Assembly: GCA_964016885.1 (NCBI GenBank)
Contig: OZ024753.1
Span: 22,072,001-22,136,000, forward strand
Origin: Eledone cirrhosa
Lineage: Eukaryota
Reading direction: 5' to 3'
Length of the DNA: 64,000 nucleotides
Shown here: positions 1-15,000 of the stretch, in pieces
Numbering within the stretch: the first letter of the stretch is position 1
Layout: each line of letters starts with the position of its first letter
The notes under the pieces: model-generated
The model's input: the letters and a program-made list of their open reading frames with translations, nothing else
What the model was told of the DNA's origin: nothing
The model's database searches: none
Made by a program: the position numbers and the translations under genes

Positions 1-3000
1 TGGTGGTATATACAGCATTAGTGATGTGGTATATACACCATTAGTGATGTGGTATATACACCATTAGTGTTGTGGTATATACACCATTAGTGATGTAGTA
101 TATACACCATTAGTGATGTGGTATATACACCATTATTGATGTGGTATATACACCATCCAGTGATGTATATATATACAAAATTAGTGATGTAGTATATACA
201 CCATTAGTGATGTAGTATATACACCATTAGTGATGTGGTATATACACCATTAGTGGTGTGGTATATATACCATCAGTAATGTGGTATATACACCATTAGT
301 GATGTGGTATATACACCATTAGTGATGTGGTATATACACCATTAGTGATGTGGTATATACACCATTAGTGATGTGGTATATACACCATTAGTGGTGTGAT
401 GGTATATACACCATTAGTGTTGTGGTATATACAAAATTAGTGATATGGTATATACACCATTAGTGATGTGGTATATACGCCATTAATGGTGTGGTATATA
501 CACCATTAGTTAATGAGGTATGTACGCCATTAGTGATGTAGTATATACACCATTAGTGATGTGGTATATACACCATTAGTGATGTCGTATATACACACTT
601 AGTGATGTAATATATACACAATTAGTGATGTTGTATATACACCATTAGTGATGTGGTATAAACACCATTAGTGGTGTGGTATATATACATCATTAGTGGT
701 GTGGTATATACACCATCCAGTGATGTGATATATACACCATCAGAGATGTAGTATATACACCATTATATATGTGGTATATATACCATTAATGATGTGATGG
801 TATATACAGCATTAGTGGTGTGGTATATACACCATTAGTGATGTGGTATATACACCATTGGTGATGTAGTATATATAACATTAGTGATGTGGTATATACA
901 CCATTATTGATGTGTTATATACACCATCCAGTGATGTGGTATATACACCATTAGTGATGTAGTATACACACCATTAGTGATGTAGTATATACACAATTAG
1001 TGATGTGGTATATACACCATTAGTGGTGTGGTATATACACCATTAGTGATGTGGTATATACACCATTAGTGATGTAGTATATACACCATTTGTGATGTGG
1101 TATATAAACCATTAGTGATGTGGTGGTATATACACTATCAGTGATGTAGTATATACACCATTAATGATGTGGTATATACACCATTAGTGGTGTGATAGTA
1201 TATACACCATTAGTAGTGCAGTGGTATATACACTATTAGTGATGTGGTATATACACCATTAATAGTGTGGTATATACACCATTAATGATGTGGTATATAC
1301 ACCATTAGTTATGTGGTATATACACCATTAGTGGTGTGATAGTATATACACCAGTAGTAGTGCCGTGGTATATACACCATTAGTGATGTGGTATATACAT
1401 CATTAGTGATGTAGTATATACACCATTAGTGATGTGGTATATATACCATTAGAGATGTAGTATATACACCATTAGTGATGTGGTATATAGAGCATTAGTG
1501 ATGTGGTATATTCACCATCCAGTGATGTAGTATATACACCATTAGTGATGTGGTATATACACCATTAGTGATGTGGTATACACATAATTATTGATGTGGT
1601 ATATACACCATCCAGTGATGTGGTATATACACCATTAGTGACGTGGTGGTATATACACCATCCAGTGATGTGGTATATACACCATTAGTGATGTGGTATA
1701 TATACCATCAGTGATGTGGGATATAAACCATTAGTGATGTTGTATATACACAATTAGTGATGTGGTATATACACCATTAGTGATGTGGTATATACACCAT
1801 TAGTGATGTAGCATATACTCCATTAGTGATGTGGTGGTGTATACACCATTAGTGATGTAGTACATACACCATTAGTGATGTGGTATATACACCATCAGTG
1901 GTGTGGTATATACACCATTAGTGATGTGGTATATACACCATCAGTAGTGTAGTATATACACCATTAGTGATGTGGTATATAGACCATTAGTGATGTAGTA
2001 TATACACCATTAGTGATGTGTTATATACACAATTAGTAGTGTGGTATATACACCATTAGTGATGTAGTATATACACAATTAGTGATGTACTATATACACA
2101 ATTAGTGATGTGGTATATACGCCATTAGTAATGTGGTGGTATATACACCATCCAGTGATGTGGTATATACACCATTAGTTATGTGGTATATACACCATTA
2201 GTGGTGTGGTATATACACCATTAGTGAGGTGGTATATACACCATTAGTAATGTGGTATGTACACCATTAGTGATGTGGTATATACACCATAAGTGAAATG
2301 GTATATACACCATTCAGTAATGTGGTATATACACCATTAGTGATGTGGTATATACACCATTAGTGATGTGGTATATACACCTTCAGTGATGTGGTATATA
2401 CACCATTAGTGGTGTAGTATATACACCATTAGTGATGTGGTATTTACACAATTAGTGATGTAGTATATTACACCATGATTGATGTGGTATATACACTGTT
2501 AGTGATGTGGTATATACACCATTAGAGATGTAGTATATACACCATTAGTGATGTGGTATATACACCATTAGTGATGTAGTATATACACCATTATTGATGT
2601 GGTATATACACAATTAGTAGTGTGGTATATACACCATTAGTGATGTAGTATATACACAATTAGTGATGTAGTATATACACAATTAGTGATGTGGTATATA
2701 AGCCAATAGTGATGTGGTGGTATGTACACCATCCAGTGATGTGGTAAATACACCATTAGTGATGTGGTATATACACCATTAGTGGTGTGGTATATACACC
2801 ATTAGTGATGTGGTATATACACCATTAGTGATGTAGTATATACACCATTAGTGATGTGGTATATACACCATTAGTGATGTGGTATATAAACCATCAGTGA
2901 TGTGGTGGTATATACATTATCAGTGATGTGGTATATACACCATTAGTGGTGTGGTATATACACAATTAGTGGTGTGGTATATACACCATTAGTGTTGTGG

Positions 3001-6000
3001 TATATACACAATTAGTGGTGTGATGGTATATACACCATAAGTGAAATGGTATATACACCATCCAGTAATGTGGTATATACACTGTTAGTGATGTGGTATA
3101 TACACCATTAGTGATGTGGTATATACACAATTAGTGATGTGATGGTATATACACCATTAATGGAGTGGTGGTATATACAGCATTAGTGATGTGGTATATA
3201 CACCATTAGTGATGTGGTATATACACCATTGGTAATGTGGTATATAGGCCATTAGTGGTGTGGTATATACACCATTAGTGATGTGGTATATACACCATTA
3301 GTGATGTAGTATATACACTATTAGTGATGTGGTATATACACCATTAGTGATGTAGTATATACACAATTAGTGATGTGGTATATACACCATTAGTGGTGTG
3401 GTATATACACCATTAGTGATGTGGTATATACACCATTAGTGATGTAGTATATACACCATTAGTGATGTGGTATATACACCATTAGTGATGTGGTATATAA
3501 ACCATTAGTGATGTGGTGGTATATACACTATCAGTGATGTAGTATATACACCATTAATGATGTGGTATATAGACCATTAATGGTGTGATGGTATATACAC
3601 CATTAGTAGTGCGGTGGTATATACACTATTAGTGATGTGGTATATACACCATTAATGGTGTGGTATATACACCATTAATGATGTGGTATATACACCATTA
3701 GTTATGTGGTATATACACCATTAGTGGTGTGATGGTATATACACCAGTAGTAGTGCCGTGGTATATACACCATTAGTGATGTGGTATATACATCATTAGT
3801 GATGTAGTATATACACCATTAGTGATGTGGTATATATACAATTAGAGATGTAGTATATACACCATTAGTGATGTGGTATATACACCATTAGTGATGTGGT
3901 ATATACACCATCCAGTGATGTAGTATATATACCGTTAATGATGGATTATATCCACCATCCAATGATGTGGTATATACACCATTAGTGATGTGGTATATAC
4001 ACCATTAGTGATGTGGTATACACACCATTATTGATGTGGTATATACACCATCCAGTGATGTGGTATATACACCATTAGTGATGTGGTGGTATATAAACCA
4101 TCCAGTGATGTGGTATATACACCATTAGTGATGTGGTATATATACCATCACTGATGTGGGATATACACCATTAGTGATATTGTATATACACAATTAGTGA
4201 TGTGGTATATACACCATTAGTGATGTGGTATATACACCATTAGTGATGTAGCATATACTCCATTAGTGATGTGGTGGTGTATATACCATTAGTGATGTAG
4301 TACATACACCATTAGTGATGTGGTATATACATCATCAGTGGTGTGGTATATACACCATTAGTGATGTGGTATATAAACCATTAGTGATGTAGTATATACA
4401 CCATTAGTGATGTGGTATATACACACTTAGTGATGTAGTACATTACACCATTAGTGATGTGGTATATACACAATTAGTGATGTGGTATATACACCATTAG
4501 TGATGTGGTATATATACCATCAGTGGTGTAGTATATACACCATTAGTGATGTGGTATATAGACGATTAGTGATGTAGTATACACACCATTAGTGATGTGG
4601 TATATACACAATTAGTAGTGTGGTATATACACTATTAGTGATGTAGTATATACACAATTAGTGATGTAGTATATACACAATTAGTGATGTGGTATATACG
4701 CCATTAGTGATGTGGTATATACACCATTAGAGATGTAGTATATATACCATTAGTGATGTGGTATATACACCATTTGTGATGTGGTATATACACCATTAGT
4801 AGTGTGGTATATACACCATTAGTGATGTAGTATATACACAATTAGTGATGTGGTATATACGCCATTAGTAATGTGCTATATACACCTTTAGTGATGTAGT
4901 ATATACACCATTAGTGATGTGGTGGTATATACACCTTTAGTGATGTAGTATATAAACCATTAGTGATGTAGTATATACACCATTAGTGATGTGGTATATA
5001 CACCATTAGTGATGTGGTATATACACCATTAGTGATGTGGTATATACACCATCAGTGATGTGATATATAGACCATTAGTGATGTAGTATATACACCATTA
5101 GAGGTGTGGTATATACACCATTAGTAATGTGGTATATACACCATTAGTGATGTGGTATATACACCATTAGTGGTTTGGTATATACACCTTTAGTGATGAG
5201 GTATATACACTATCAGCGATGTGATGGTATATACACCATCAGTGATGTGTTATATACACCATTAGTGATGTGGTATATACACCATTAGTGATGTGGTATA
5301 TACACCATTAGTGGTGTGGTATATACACAGTTAGTGGTGTGATGGTTTATACACCATTAGTAGTGTGGTATATACACAATTAGTGATGTGGTATATACAC
5401 CATTACTTATGTGGTATATACACCATTAGTGATGTGGTATATACACAATTAGTAGTGTGGTATATACACCATTAGTGATGTAGTATATACACAATTAGTG
5501 ATGTAGTATATACACAATTAGTGATGTGGTATATACGCCATTAGTGATGTGGTGGTATATACACCATCCAGTGATGTGGTATATACACCATTAGTGGTAT
5601 GGTATATACACCATTAGTGATGTGGTAAATACACCATTAGTGATGTAGTATATGCACCATTAGTGATGTGGTATATAAACCATTAGTGATGTGGTGGTAT
5701 ATACACTATCAGTGATGTGGTACCATTAATGGTGTGGTATATACACCATTAATGATGTGGTATATACACCATTAGTTATGTGGTATATACACCATTAGTG
5801 GTGTGATGTTATATACACCAGTAGTAGTGCCGTGGTATATACGCCATTAGTGATGTGGTATATACATCATTAGTGATGTAGTATATACACCATTAGTGAT
5901 GTGGTATATATACCATTATAGATGTAGTATATACACCATTAGTGATGTGGTATATACACCATTAGTGATGTGGTATATACACCATCCAGTGATGTGGTAT

Positions 6001-9000
6001 ATACACCGTTAATGATGGGGTATATACACCATCCAATGATGCGGTATATACACCATTAGTGATGTGGTATACACACCAATATTGATGTGGTATATACACC
6101 ATCCAGCGATGTGGTATATACACCATTAGTGATGTGGTGGTATATACACCATCCAGTGATGTGGTATATACACCATTAGTGATGTGGTATATATACCATC
6201 AGTGATGTGGTATATACACCATTAGTGATGTGCTACATACAACATTAGTGATGTAGTATATACACCATTAGTGATGTGGTATATACAGCATTAGTGATGT
6301 GGGATATACACCATTAGTGATGTGGTTTATACACCATTAGTGATGTGGTATATACACCATTAGTGATGTAGCATATACTCCATTAGTGATGTGGTGGTAT
6401 ATACACCATTAGTGATGTAGTATATACACCATTAGTGATGTGGTATATACACCATCAGTGGTGTGGTATATACACCATTAGTGATGTGGTATATACACAA
6501 TTAGTGATGTAGTATATACACCTTTAGTGATGTGGTATATACACCATTAGTGATGTAGTATATTACACCATTAGTGATGTGGTATATACACAATTAGTGA
6601 TGTGGTATATACAACATTAGAGATGTAGTATATACACCATTAGTGATTTGGTATATACACCATTAGTGATGTGGTATATACACCATTAGTGACGTGGTGG
6701 TATATACAACATCCAGTGATGTGGTATATACACCATTAGTGATGTGGTATATACACCATTTGTGATGTGGTATGTACACCATTAGTGATGTGGTATATAC
6801 ACCATAAGTGAAATGGTATATACACCATCCAGTGATGTGGTATATACACCATTAGTGATGTGGTATATACACCATTAGTGATGTGGTATATACACAATCA
6901 GTGATGTGGTATATACACCATTAGTGGTGTAGTATATACACCATTAGTGGTGTGGTATATACACCATTAGTGATGTGGTATATACACCATTAGTGGTGTG
7001 GTATATACACCATTAGTGAATGTGGTATATATGCCATTAGTGATGTAGTACATACACCATTAGTGATGTAGTATATTACACCATTAGTGATGTGGTATAT
7101 ACACAATTAGTGATGTGGTATATACACCATTAGAGATGTAGTATATATACCATTAGTGATGTGGTATATACACCATTTGTGATGTGGTATATACACCATT
7201 AGTAGTGTGGTATATACACCATTAGTGATGTAGTATATACACAATTAGTGATGTGGTATATACGCCATTGGTAATGTGCTATATACACCTTTAGTGATGT
7301 AGTATATACACCATTAGTGATGTGGTGGTATATACACCTTTAGTGATGTAGTATATAAACCATTAGTGATGTGGTATATACACCATTAGTGATGTGGTAT
7401 ATACACCATTAGTGATGTGGTATATACACCATTAGTGATGTGGTATATACACCATCAGTGATGTGATATATAGACCATTAGTGATGTAGTATATACACCA
7501 TTAGAGGTGTGGTATATACACCATTAGTAATGTGGTATATACACCATTAGTGGTGTGGTATATACACCATTAGTGAATGTGGTATATATGCCATTAGTGA
7601 TATAGTACATACACCATTAGTGATGTGGTATATAAACCACTAGTGATGTGGTATATACACCATTAGTGATGTGGTATATACACCATTAGTGATGTGGTAT
7701 ATACACCATTAGTGAAGTAGTATATACACCATTAGTGATGTGGTATATACACCATTAGTGATGTAGTATATTACACCATTAGTGATGTATGTATATACAC
7801 AATTAGTGATGTGGTATATACACCATTAGAGATGTAGTATATATACCATTAGTGATGTAGTATATTACACCATTAGTGATGTGGTATATACACAATTAGT
7901 GATGTGGCATATACACCATTAGAGATGTAGTATATACACCATTAGTGATGTGGTATATACACCATTAGTAGTGTGGTATATACACCAATAGTGATGTAGT
8001 ATATACACAATTAGTGATGTGGTATATACACCATTAGTAACGTGCTATATACACCTTTAGTGATGTAGTATATACACCATTAGTGATGTGGTGGTATATA
8101 CACCATTAGTGATGTAGTATATAAACCATTAATGATGTGGTATATACACAATCAGTGGTGTGGCATATACACCATTAGTGATGTGGTATATACACCATTA
8201 GTGTTGTGGTATATACACCATCAGTGATGTGGTATATACACCATTAGTGATGTAGTATATACACCATTAGAGGTGTGGTATATACACCATTAGTGATGTG
8301 GTATATACACCATTAGTGATGTGGTATATACACCATTAGTGGTGTGGTATATATACCGTTAGTGATGTGGTATATACACTATCAGCGATGTGGTGGTATA
8401 TACACCATCAGTGATGTGTTATATACACCATTAGTGATGTAGTATATACACCATTAATGGTGTGGTATATACACCATTAGTGATGTGGTATATACACCAT
8501 TAGTGATGTGGTATATACACCATTAGTGGTGTGGTATATACACAGTTAGTGGTGTGATGGTTTATACACCATTAGTGGTGTGGTATATACACAATTAGTG
8601 ATGTGATGGTATATACACCATTAATGGAGTGGTGGTATATACAGCATTAGTGATGTGGTATATAAACCATTAGTGATGTGGTATATACACAATTGGTAAT
8701 GTGGTATATAGGCCATTAGTGGTGTGGTATATACACCATTAGTGAATGTGGTATATATGCCATTAGTGATGAAGTATATACACAATTAGTGATGTGGTAT
8801 ATACACCATTAGTGATGTGGTATATACACCATTAGTGATGTAGTATATACACCATTAGTTATGTGGTATATACACCATTAGTGATGTGGTATATACACCA
8901 TTAGTGATGTAGTATATACACCATTAGTGATGTGGTATATACACCATTAGCGATGTGGTATATACACCATCCAGTTATGTGGTATACACACCATTAGTGA

Positions 9001-12000
9001 TGTGGTATATACACCATCCAATGATGTGGTATATACACCATTTGTGATGTGGTATATACACCATTATTGATGTGGTATATACACCATCCAGTGATGTGGT
9101 ATACACACCATTAGTGATGTGGTATATATACCATTAGTGATGTGGTATACACACCATTAGTGATGTGGTATATAAACCATTAGTGATGTGGCATATACAC
9201 CATTAGTGAAGTGGTATATACACCATTAGTGGTGTGGTATATACACAGTTAGTGGTGTGATGGTTTATACACCATTAGTGGTGTGGTATATACACAATTA
9301 TTGATGTGATGGTATATACACCATTAATGGAGTGGTGGTATATACAGCATTAGTGATGTGGTATATAAACCATTAGTGATGTGGTATATACACAATTGGT
9401 AATGTGGTATATAGGCCATTAGTGGTGTGGTATATACACCATTAGTGAATGTGGTATATATGCCATTAGTGATGAAGTATATACACAATTAGTGATGTGG
9501 TATATACACCATTAGTGATGTGGTATATACACCATTAGTGATGTGGTATATACACCATCCAGTGATGTGGTATACACACCATTAGTGATGTGGTATATAC
9601 ACCATTCAATGATGTGGTATATACACCATCAATGATGTGGTATATAAAACCATTTGTGATGTGGTATATACACCATTATTGATGTGGTATATACACCATC
9701 CAGTGATGTGGTATATACACCATTAGTGATGTGGTATATATACCATTAGTGATGTGGTATACACACCATTAGTGATGTGGTATATAAACCATTAGTGATG
9801 TGGTATATACACCATTAGTGATATGGTATATACACCATTAGTGATGTCGTATATACACCATTAGTGATGTGGTATATACACTATCAACGATTTGGTGGTA
9901 TATACACCATCAGTGATGTGGTATATACACCATTATTGAGGTAGTATATAAACCATTAGTGATGTGGTATATACACCATATGTGGTGTGATGGTATATAC
10001 ACCATTAGTAGTGCCGTGGTATATACACTATTAGTGATGTGGTATATACACAATTAATGGTGTGGTATATACACCATTAGTGATGTGGTATATACACCAT
10101 TAGTGATGTTGAATATACACCATTAGTGGTGTTGTATATACACAATTAGTGGTGTGATGGTATATACACAATTAGTGGTGTGGTATATACACAATTAGTG
10201 ATGTGATGGTATATACACAATTATTAGTGTGGTGGTATATACACCATTAGTGATGTGGTTTATACACCATTAGTGATGTGGTATATACACCATTAGTGAT
10301 GTGGTATATACACAATTATTGATGTGGTATACACACCATCCAGTGATGTGTTATATACATCATTAGTGATGTGGTGGTATATAAACCATCCACTGGTGTG
10401 GTGTATACACTATTAGTTTTGTGGTATAGTATACCATTAGTGATGTGGTATATACACCATTAGTGATGTGGTATATACACCATCAGTGGTGTGGCATAAA
10501 CACCATTAGTGATGTGGTATATACACCATTAGTAATGCAGTATATACACCATTAGTGATGTGGTTTATACACCATTAGTGATGTAGTATATACACCATTA
10601 GTGATGTGGTTTATACACCATCAGTGGTGTGGTATATACACCATTAGTGATGTGGTATATACACCATTAGTGATTTAGTATATACACCATTAGTGATGTG
10701 GTACATACACCATCAGTGATGTAGTATATACACCATTAATGATATGGTATATACACCATCAGTGATGTGGTGGTATATACACCATTAGTGATGTGGTATA
10801 TACACCATTAATGGTGTAGTATATACACCATAAGTGATGTGATATATACACCATTAGTGATGTGGTATATACACCATTAGTGATGTGGTATATACGCCAT
10901 TAGTGGTGTGGTAAATACACCATTAGTGATGTGGTATATACACCATTAGTGATGTAGTATATACAACATTAGTGATGTGGTATATAAACTATTAGTGATG
11001 TGGTATATACACCATTAGTGATGTGGTATATACACCATCAGTGATGTGGTGGTATATACACCATCAGTGATATAGTATAAACACCATTAATGATGTGGTA
11101 TATACACCATTAGTGGTGTGATGGTATATACACTATTACTAGTGCAGTGGTATATACACCATTAGTGGTGTCGTATATACACCATTAGTGATGTGGTATA
11201 TACACCATTAGAGATGTAGTATATACGCCATTAATGGTCTGGTATATACACCATTAGTGATGTGGTATATACACCATTAGTGATGTGGTATATACACCAT
11301 TAGTGGAGTGGTATATACACAGTTAGTGGTGTGATGGTTTATACACCATTAGTGGTGTGGTATATACACAATTAGTGATGTGATGGTATATACACCATTA
11401 GTGGAGTTGTATATACACAGTTAGTGGTGTGATGGTTTATACACCATTAGTGATGTGGTATATACACAATTAGTGATGTGGTATATACACCATTAGTAAT
11501 GTGGTATATAGGCCATTAGTGGTGTGGTATATACACCATTAGAGATGTAGTATATATATCATTAGTGATGTGGTATATACACCATTAGTGATGTGGTATA
11601 TACACCATTAGTGATGTGGTATATACACCATTAGTGATGTAGTATATACACCATTAGTGATGTGGTATAAAAACCAGTAGGGATGTGGTATATACACCAT
11701 TAGTGATGTGGTATATACACCATTAGTGATGTGGTATAAACACCATTAGTGATGTGATATATACACCATTAGTGATGTAGTATATACACCATTAGTGATG
11801 TGGTAAATACACCATTAGTGATGTAGTATATATACCATTAGTGATGTGGTATATAAACCAATTGTGATGTGCTATATACACCATTAATAGTGTGGTATAT
11901 ACACCATTAGGGATGTAGTATATACACAATTAGTGATGTGGTATATACACCATTAGTGATGTGCTATATACACCATTAGTGATGTAGTATATACACCATT

Positions 12001-15000
12001 AGTGATGTGGTGGTATATACACCATTAGTGATGTAGTATATAAACCATTAGTGATGTGGTATATACACAATCAGTGGTGTGGTATATACATCATTAGAGA
12101 TGTAGTATATATACCATTAGTGATGTGGTATATACACCATTTGTGATGTGGTATATACACCATTAGTAGTGTGGTATATACACCAATAGTGATGTAGTAT
12201 ATACACAATTAGTGATGTGGTATATACACCATTAGTAATGTGCTATATACACCTTTAGTGATGTAGTATATACACCATTAGTGATGTGGTGGTATATACA
12301 CCATTAGTGATGTAGTATATAAACCATTAGTGATGTGGTATATACACAATCAGTGGTGTGGCATATACACCATTAGTGATGTGGTATATACACCATTAGT
12401 GATGTAGTATATACACCATTAGTGATGTGGTATATACACCATTAGTGATGTGGTATATACACCATCAGTGATGTGGTATATACACCATTAGTGATGTAGT
12501 ATATACACCATTAGAGGTGTGGTATATACACCATTAGTGATGTTGTATATACAGCATTAGTGATGTGGTATATACACCATTAGTGGTGTGGTATATACAC
12601 CGTTAGTGATGTGGTATATACACTATCAGCGATGTGGTGGTATATACACCATCAGTGATGTGTTATATACACCATTAGTGATGTAGTATATACACCATTA
12701 ATGGTGTGGTATATACACCATTAGTGATGTGGTATATACACCATTAGTGATGTGGTATATACACCATTAGTGGTGTGGTATATACACAGTTAGTGGTGTG
12801 ATGGTTTATACACCATTAGTGGTGTGGTATATACACAATTAGTGATGTGATGGTATATACACCATTAATGGAGTGGTGGTATATACAGCATTAGTGATGT
12901 GGTATATAAACCATTAGTGATGTGGTATATACACAATTGGTAATGTGGTATATAGGCCATTAGTGGTGTGGTATATACACCATTAGTGAATGTGGTATAT
13001 ATGCCATTAGTGATGAAGTATATACACAATTAGTGATGTGGTATATACACCATTAGTGATGTGGTATATACACCATTAGTGATGTGGTATATACACCATT
13101 AGTGATGTAGTATATACACCATTAGTGATGTGGTATATACACCATTAGTGATGTGGTATATACACAATTAGTGATGTAGTATATACACCATTAGTGATGT
13201 GGTATATACACCATTAGCGATGTGGTATATACACCATCCAGTGATGTGGTATACAAACCATTAGTGATGTGGTATATACACCATCCAATGATGTGGTATA
13301 TACACCATCAATGATGTGGTATATACACCATTTGTGATGTAGTATATACACCATTATTGATGTGGTATATACACCATTTGTGATGTAGTATATACACCAT
13401 TAGTGATATGGTATATACACCATTAGTGATGTCGTATATACACCATTAGTGATGTGGTATATACACTATCAGAGATTTGGTGGTATATACACCATCAGTG
13501 ATGTGGTATATACACCATTAGTGAGGTAGTATATAAACCATTAGTGATGTGGTATATACACCATAAGTGGTGTGATGGTATATACAACATTAGTAGTGTC
13601 GTGGTATATACACCATTAGTGATGTGGTATATACACAATTAATGGTGTGGTATATACACCATTAGTGATGTGGTATATACACCATTAGTGATGTTGAATA
13701 TACACCATTAGTGGTGTTGTATATACACAATTAGTGGTGTGATGGTATATACACAATTAGTGGTGTGGTATATACACAATTAGTGATGTGATGGTATATA
13801 CACAATTATTAGTGTGGTGGTATATACACCATTAGTGATGTGGTTTATACACCATTAGTGATGTGGTATATACACCATTAGTGATGTGGTATATACACAA
13901 TTATTGATGTGGTATATACACCATCCAGTGATGTGTTATATACATCATTAGTGATGTAGTGGTATATAAACCATCCACTGGTGTGGTGTATACACTATTA
14001 GTTTTGTGGTATAGTATACCATTAGTGATGTGGTATATACACCATTAGTGATGTGGAATATACACCATCAATGGTGTGGTATAAACACCATTAGTGATGT
14101 GGTATATACACCATTAGTAATGCAGTATATACACCATTAGTGATGTGGTTTATACACCATTAGTGATGTAGTATATACACCATTAGTGATGTGGTTTATA
14201 CACCATCAGTGGTGTGGTATATACACCATTAGTGATGTGGTATATACACCATTAGTGATTTAGTATATACACCATTAATGATGTGGTATATACACCATCA
14301 GTGATGTGGTGGTATATACACCATTAGCGATGTGGTATATACACCATTAATGGTGTGGTATATACACCATAAGTGATGTGGTATATAAACCATTAGTGAT
14401 GTGGTATATACACCATTAGTGATGTGGTATATACGCCATTAGTGGTGTGGTAAATACACCATTAGTGATGTGGTATATACACCATTAGTGATGTAGTATA
14501 TACAACATTAGTGATGTGGTATATAAACTATTAGTGATGTGGTATATACACCATTAGTGATGTGGTATATACACCATCAGTGATGTGGTGGTATATACAC
14601 CATCAGTGATATAGTATAAACACCATTAATGATGTGGTATATACACCATTAGTGGTGTGATGGTATATACACTATTACTAGTGCAGTGGTATATACACCA
14701 TTAGTGGTGTGGTATATACACCATTAGTGATGTGGTATATAAACCAGTAGTGATGTGGTATATACACCATTAGAGATGTAGTATATACACGATTAATGGT
14801 CTGGTATATACACCATTAGTGATGTGGTATATACGCCATTAGTGATGTGGTATATACACCATTAGTGGAGTGGTATATACACAGTTAGTGGTGTGATGGT
14901 TTATACACCATTAGTGGAGTGGTATATACACCATAAGTGATGTGGTATATACACCATTAATGGTGTGGTATATACACCATAAGTGATGTGGTATATATAT

